Of a stretch of DNA of 64,000 nt, positions 60,801-64,000 are shown one piece after another. The notes under the pieces were generated by a model. The model made no database searches. It was not told where the DNA came from and saw only the letters and a program-made list of their open reading frames with translations. Both the position numbers and the translations under genes were made by a program. The DNA comes from Vitiosangium sp. GDMCC 1.1324 (lineage in GTDB: Bacteria > Myxococcota > Myxococcia > Myxococcales > Myxococcaceae): positions 387,493 to 451,492 of the forward strand of contig NZ_PZOX01000005.1 of assembly GCF_003044305.1 (NCBI RefSeq), in the 5' to 3' direction. Position 1 is the stretch's first letter, and every line of letters starts with the position of its first letter.

Positions 60801-63800
60801 GCAGCCCCAGGACGTACGAGATTCGGCCAACGCCGACGCTGGGCATCGTTCCCAACCCGGTGTAGGCGTCGATTCCAACGGAGGCCACCGCCTGAGGCCG
60901 GGCGGCCTCATACTCGGACGGGCCGATCCCGACGAAGAGCCCCGTTTCGGTCCCGACGAGTCCCTTCGGAGGAACCGCCGCGTTTTCCAATGCCTCCCAG
61001 CACACCTCCAGCAGGAGTCGGTGCGAGGGATCCATCCGCAAGGCTTCGCGGGGCGAAATACCGAAGAAGGCGGGATCGAAGCTGGCCACATCCTTCAGGA
61101 ACGAACCGCGCGTCACGGACGTTTTTCCCGGGGCATCGGGGTCGGAATCGAGCCACCCCGACACATCCCACCGGTCCGCGGGGAATTCGCCGACGGTGTC
61201 CTTCGCGCTGTCGAGGAGCGTCCAAAGCCCCTCCAGGTCGACGACACCACCCGGCAACCGGCAACCCACTCCGACAATCGCGATTGGCTCCTCGGCGGCG
61301 TCCCCGGCGGGACGGTTCGCCACGAGCGGAGCGGACTCTCCCTTCGTCTCGAGCGAAAGCGCTTCGAGCACGAAGCGCGCGAGCGCCTCGATGTTGGGAC
61401 GCGAGAAGGTGATGGTATCCGAGACCTGCTGCTGAATCCGGTTCGACAGTGCACGCGCCAGCGCCACCGAACGGAGCGAGTCGAACCCGAGCTCCATCAA
61501 TCCCTTGCGATCCGCGTCCTCGCCGATCTCCCTGCCCAGCAGTTCCGCGACCTCGGCCCGGACCAGCCGCCGCACCTCCCGGAACCGCCCGGAAGAGGGC
61601 AACTCCTCCAGGCGTCGCCCCCATGCGGAGGCGTTCGACGAAGCAGCCGTTCGAACGACGGCCAGTCTGCCGTCGCGACCACTCTCCGAGCTCGCGCCGG
61701 TCATCGACCGCCCGTCCTGCGCCAGGAGACACATGGTCCGATGCGGTTGGGGAAACGCGAATCTCCTCCAGTCGATGTCGATGCCCTGCGCATGGAGCGC
61801 CCCGAGGCATGCGAGCAGCGAAGGCCAGTTGTCGCGCTGTCCATTCAACGACGGCGCGCACACGGCAGGACCTTCACCCAGACACTGAACCACCAGGTTC
61901 GTCAGTGTCGCACCGGGCCCGATCTCCACATAGGCGGAGACACCTCGGCTCTGGAGGGTTTCAATGGCCGCCATGAACCGCACCGGCTCCAGCATGTGGC
62001 GAACCCAGTATTCCGGATTCGTCACATCCCCCTCGCGCCCCCCATCCACCGTACTGACGAAAGGAATCTGCGGGGCCGAATAGCCAACCGACCCACATAC
62101 CGCCCGGAACGCGGCCTCCGCGGGCAACATCAGCGGCGAATGGAACGCATGCGCGGTCTGAAGTGGCGTCGTCCGGATCCCCTGGGCCGCGAGCTCCCGA
62201 GACAGGGCCTCCAGCTCACCTGTCTCGCCTGCGAGCACCAGGCTCTCCAGCGCATTGAAGGCGGAGATGACGACTCGTCCAGCACGGCTCGAGAGATACG
62301 GAGTGAGCTGATCGACGCTCGCTCGCACGGCGCACATGGAGCCCGGAATCGCGTGATCCCTCATCGCCTGAGCGCGACCCACGACCAGCCGGATGGCGTC
62401 ACGCAGCGAAAAAGCCCCTGCGACACAAGCGGCCGCGAACTCGCCGAGACTGTGCCCCACAAGCACGTTCGGATGCACGCCCCATGACCGCCACAGGTGA
62501 ACCAAGGAATACTGAAGCGCGAAAAGGGCGACCTGCGCCTCGACACCATCTTCGATCGGCTGGTCCGCATCCCGACACAAGACATCGACGAGCGACCCTC
62601 CGATCAACTCATCCGAGATCCGTGCGCATTGTTCGATCCCGGCACGGAAGACGGGGCTGGTCTCGAACAGCTCTCGTCCCATTCCGGTTCGTGCGGAGCC
62701 CTGGCCGGTGAACACGAACGCCACCACGGGACGCCTGTCGACGACGCGCCGCGCGCCGAGCGCTGGAACGCGTCCCTGGGCCGCGGTCCGCAGGCCCTGC
62801 GCCAGAGAGGCCGCGTCGGCTGCGACAAGAGCGAGCCGGTGCGAGCCTGCGCCGGCATTCACGACGGCCTGGATGTCGCCTGGCGACGATCCTTCTCGAG
62901 ACTCTTGCTCGATGAACCCACCCAATTGCTCCGCGCCACGCCGAAGCTCCTCATCACTCTCGGCGACGAGCGTGCAAAGAGAGACAGGGCGACGGAACGC
63001 CTCGGGCTCCGCGGCCGTTCGGAGGTCGTCGATCCACGCGGGGACCGCGAGGAAGGAACGCGCCACATGGCGATACCGGACGTGGAAGCTATGTCGCGTG
63101 TAGGGGATACCGCGCTCGTCGCCAAGGCTGGCGATCGCGGCCCGAAGCTCGGCATCGAACCGCTCTCGATCGGCCGGGGGGATGACCGAATAGTGTGCCT
63201 CCGAGCGAATCTGCCAGGCCCAATGAGCTTCCAGGGTGTCGTAATGCGCCGTCGTCTCTTCCGTGATCGTCAGCCCGGAGGACTCGAAACCGGAGAACAG
63301 ACCATCGACGATATTTCGATCGAACGCGGCCATCATCGACGCCGCGCGCAGGCGCGTCTCCAGATCGACATATCTGGAGAGGACCTCGGCCGTCTTCCGT
63401 GAGAATTCTCGCCCGGTGTTCAAGCCGATGAACCACATGTCGAGCTCGCCGTCTTCCTTCAGGACACGACGGATTTCGGCGGCGCCTCGCCTGGGATCAT
63501 TGGACCAATGAAATGCCCAGATACTGTACAGATAGTCCACCGAGGCGTCCGCGAGCGGCAGGTCCTCGAACCGACCCTCCCGAAGTTCGACCGAGGCGTT
63601 CCCCGCGTTGCGCTGCTGCGCGAAGAGACGCATCTGCTCGGAGGGCTCAACCCCGATGAACTTCGTGGAAGCAGGCGCGCGACCCTGCAGATGGTGCAGA
63701 GCACCTCCGGTCCCGCACCCGACATCGACGATGACACGATACTGGGGCTTGAGGACAAAGGCCTCGTACGAGCCGCGGGCGTGCTCGCCCCAGAATGAAT

Positions 63801-63870
63801 TTTCGTTCGACTGCGTGTCGTACTTGTCAGCGACTTTCGAATAGCTGGCGGCGGGAATGTTCGAGATCAT
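54850..63870 (-). CDS. type I PKS: N-terminal SAM-methyltransferase-like domain, AT(malonyl)-ACP loading region, then KS-AT(methylmalonyl-like)-DH-ER-KR-ACP
   Basis: MT motif I [13 protein letters not shown]1 GHSLGE/HAFH. ACP LGFDSL. KS DTACSSS/HGTGT. AT2 [12 protein letters not shown] HPLLG...[48 protein letters not shown]. C-terminal docking helix. ATG at 63870 (the ORF track gives a TTG at 63876). Confidence 0.9.
   Translation of the reverse strand: [3006 protein letters not shown]
54982..55209 (-). other. ACP (approx.)
   Basis: [14 protein letters not shown]. Confidence 0.65.
55477..56019 (-). other. KR (approx.)
   Basis: [18 protein letters not shown]; LDD motif; YAAANAF. Confidence 0.7.
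56083..57009 (-). other. ER (approx.)
   Basis: [29 protein letters not shown]. Confidence 0.7.
57757..58605 (-). other. DH (approx.)
   Basis: HPLLGESQ...[17 protein letters not shown]. Confidence 0.65.
58747..59694 (-). other. AT, methylmalonyl-like (VASH) (approx.)
   Basis: [23 protein letters not shown]. Confidence 0.6.
60007..61290 (-). other. KS (approx.)
   Basis: [31 protein letters not shown]. Confidence 0.7.
61357..61599 (-). other. ACP (loading) (approx.)
   Basis: [14 protein letters not shown]. Confidence 0.6.
61777..62724 (-). other. loading AT, malonyl-type (approx.)
   Basis: [22 protein letters not shown]. Confidence 0.65.
63007..63870 (-). other. N-terminal class I SAM-dependent methyltransferase-like domain (approx.)
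   Basis: [18 protein letters not shown]...[12 protein letters not shown]. Confidence 0.6.
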
Positions 63871-63882
63871 CGTCAAGGCTCC

Positions 63883-64000
63883 TCACTGAGCTACTTTCGC
63901 ATTCAGCCAAACCGCGATGTCGGCAATCACTCGCTCGGTTCCAGGCTCGTCCACAATCCAGTGGGCGTTGTTGGCATATTCCAGGTAATCGCCGACGCGC
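63883..64000 (-). CDS. C-terminal fragment of an upstream gene (unknown function; likely part of the same biosynthetic operon)
   Basis: In-frame translation ...RVGDYLEYANNAHWIVDEPGTERVIADIAVWLNAKVAQ*. Its stop is 13 nt before the PKS start. The gene continues beyond the window. Confidence 0.3.
   Translation of the reverse strand, partial: RVGDYLEYANNAHWIVDEPGTERVIADIAVWLNAKVAQ

Overview
The window is a high-GC (~68-70%) chromosomal segment that looks myxobacterial (Myxococcales): it carries Myxococcus-type Cys-rich repeat lipoproteins, DUF4388 proteins and many lipoproteins. Roughly two thirds is core housekeeping: serC (partial), an ECF sigma/anti-sigma pair, pyrF, pepA, lpxC, ruvB, yebC-ruvC-ruvA and asnS, plus secreted or lipoprotein proteases. 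Three parts are not ordinary. (1) A compact four-gene operon on the minus strand at 7223..10669: an HExxH metalloprotease lipoprotein, a small unannotated Cys-containing secreted peptide, a DUF692 multinuclear non-heme iron oxidase (MNIO, MbnB/TglH/BufB family) and its DUF2063 partner. This is the architecture of a bufferin/methanobactin-like RiPP system, with an unusual precursor and a co-operonic protease. (2) A bacterial homolog of the eukaryotic major vault protein at 30858..33143. (3) The edge of a PKS/NRPS hybrid biosynthetic gene cluster at 44879..64000. It has an N-terminal methyltransferase-AT-ACP loading region, a fully reducing module, an aminotransferase domain, and a terminal C-A-PCP-TE module whose A domain is interrupted by a luciferase-like monooxygenase (MtaG/MelG-like terminal amide logic). 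Several accessory-looking features are also present: a low-GC island with a GxGYxYP-domain protein, an ATP-grasp enzyme next to a tiny K/P-rich ORF, and a truncated MDR-like dehydrogenase. Many long ORFs in the six-frame track are antisense artefacts of the high GC content. No rRNA, tRNA, CRISPR array or transposase was recognised.
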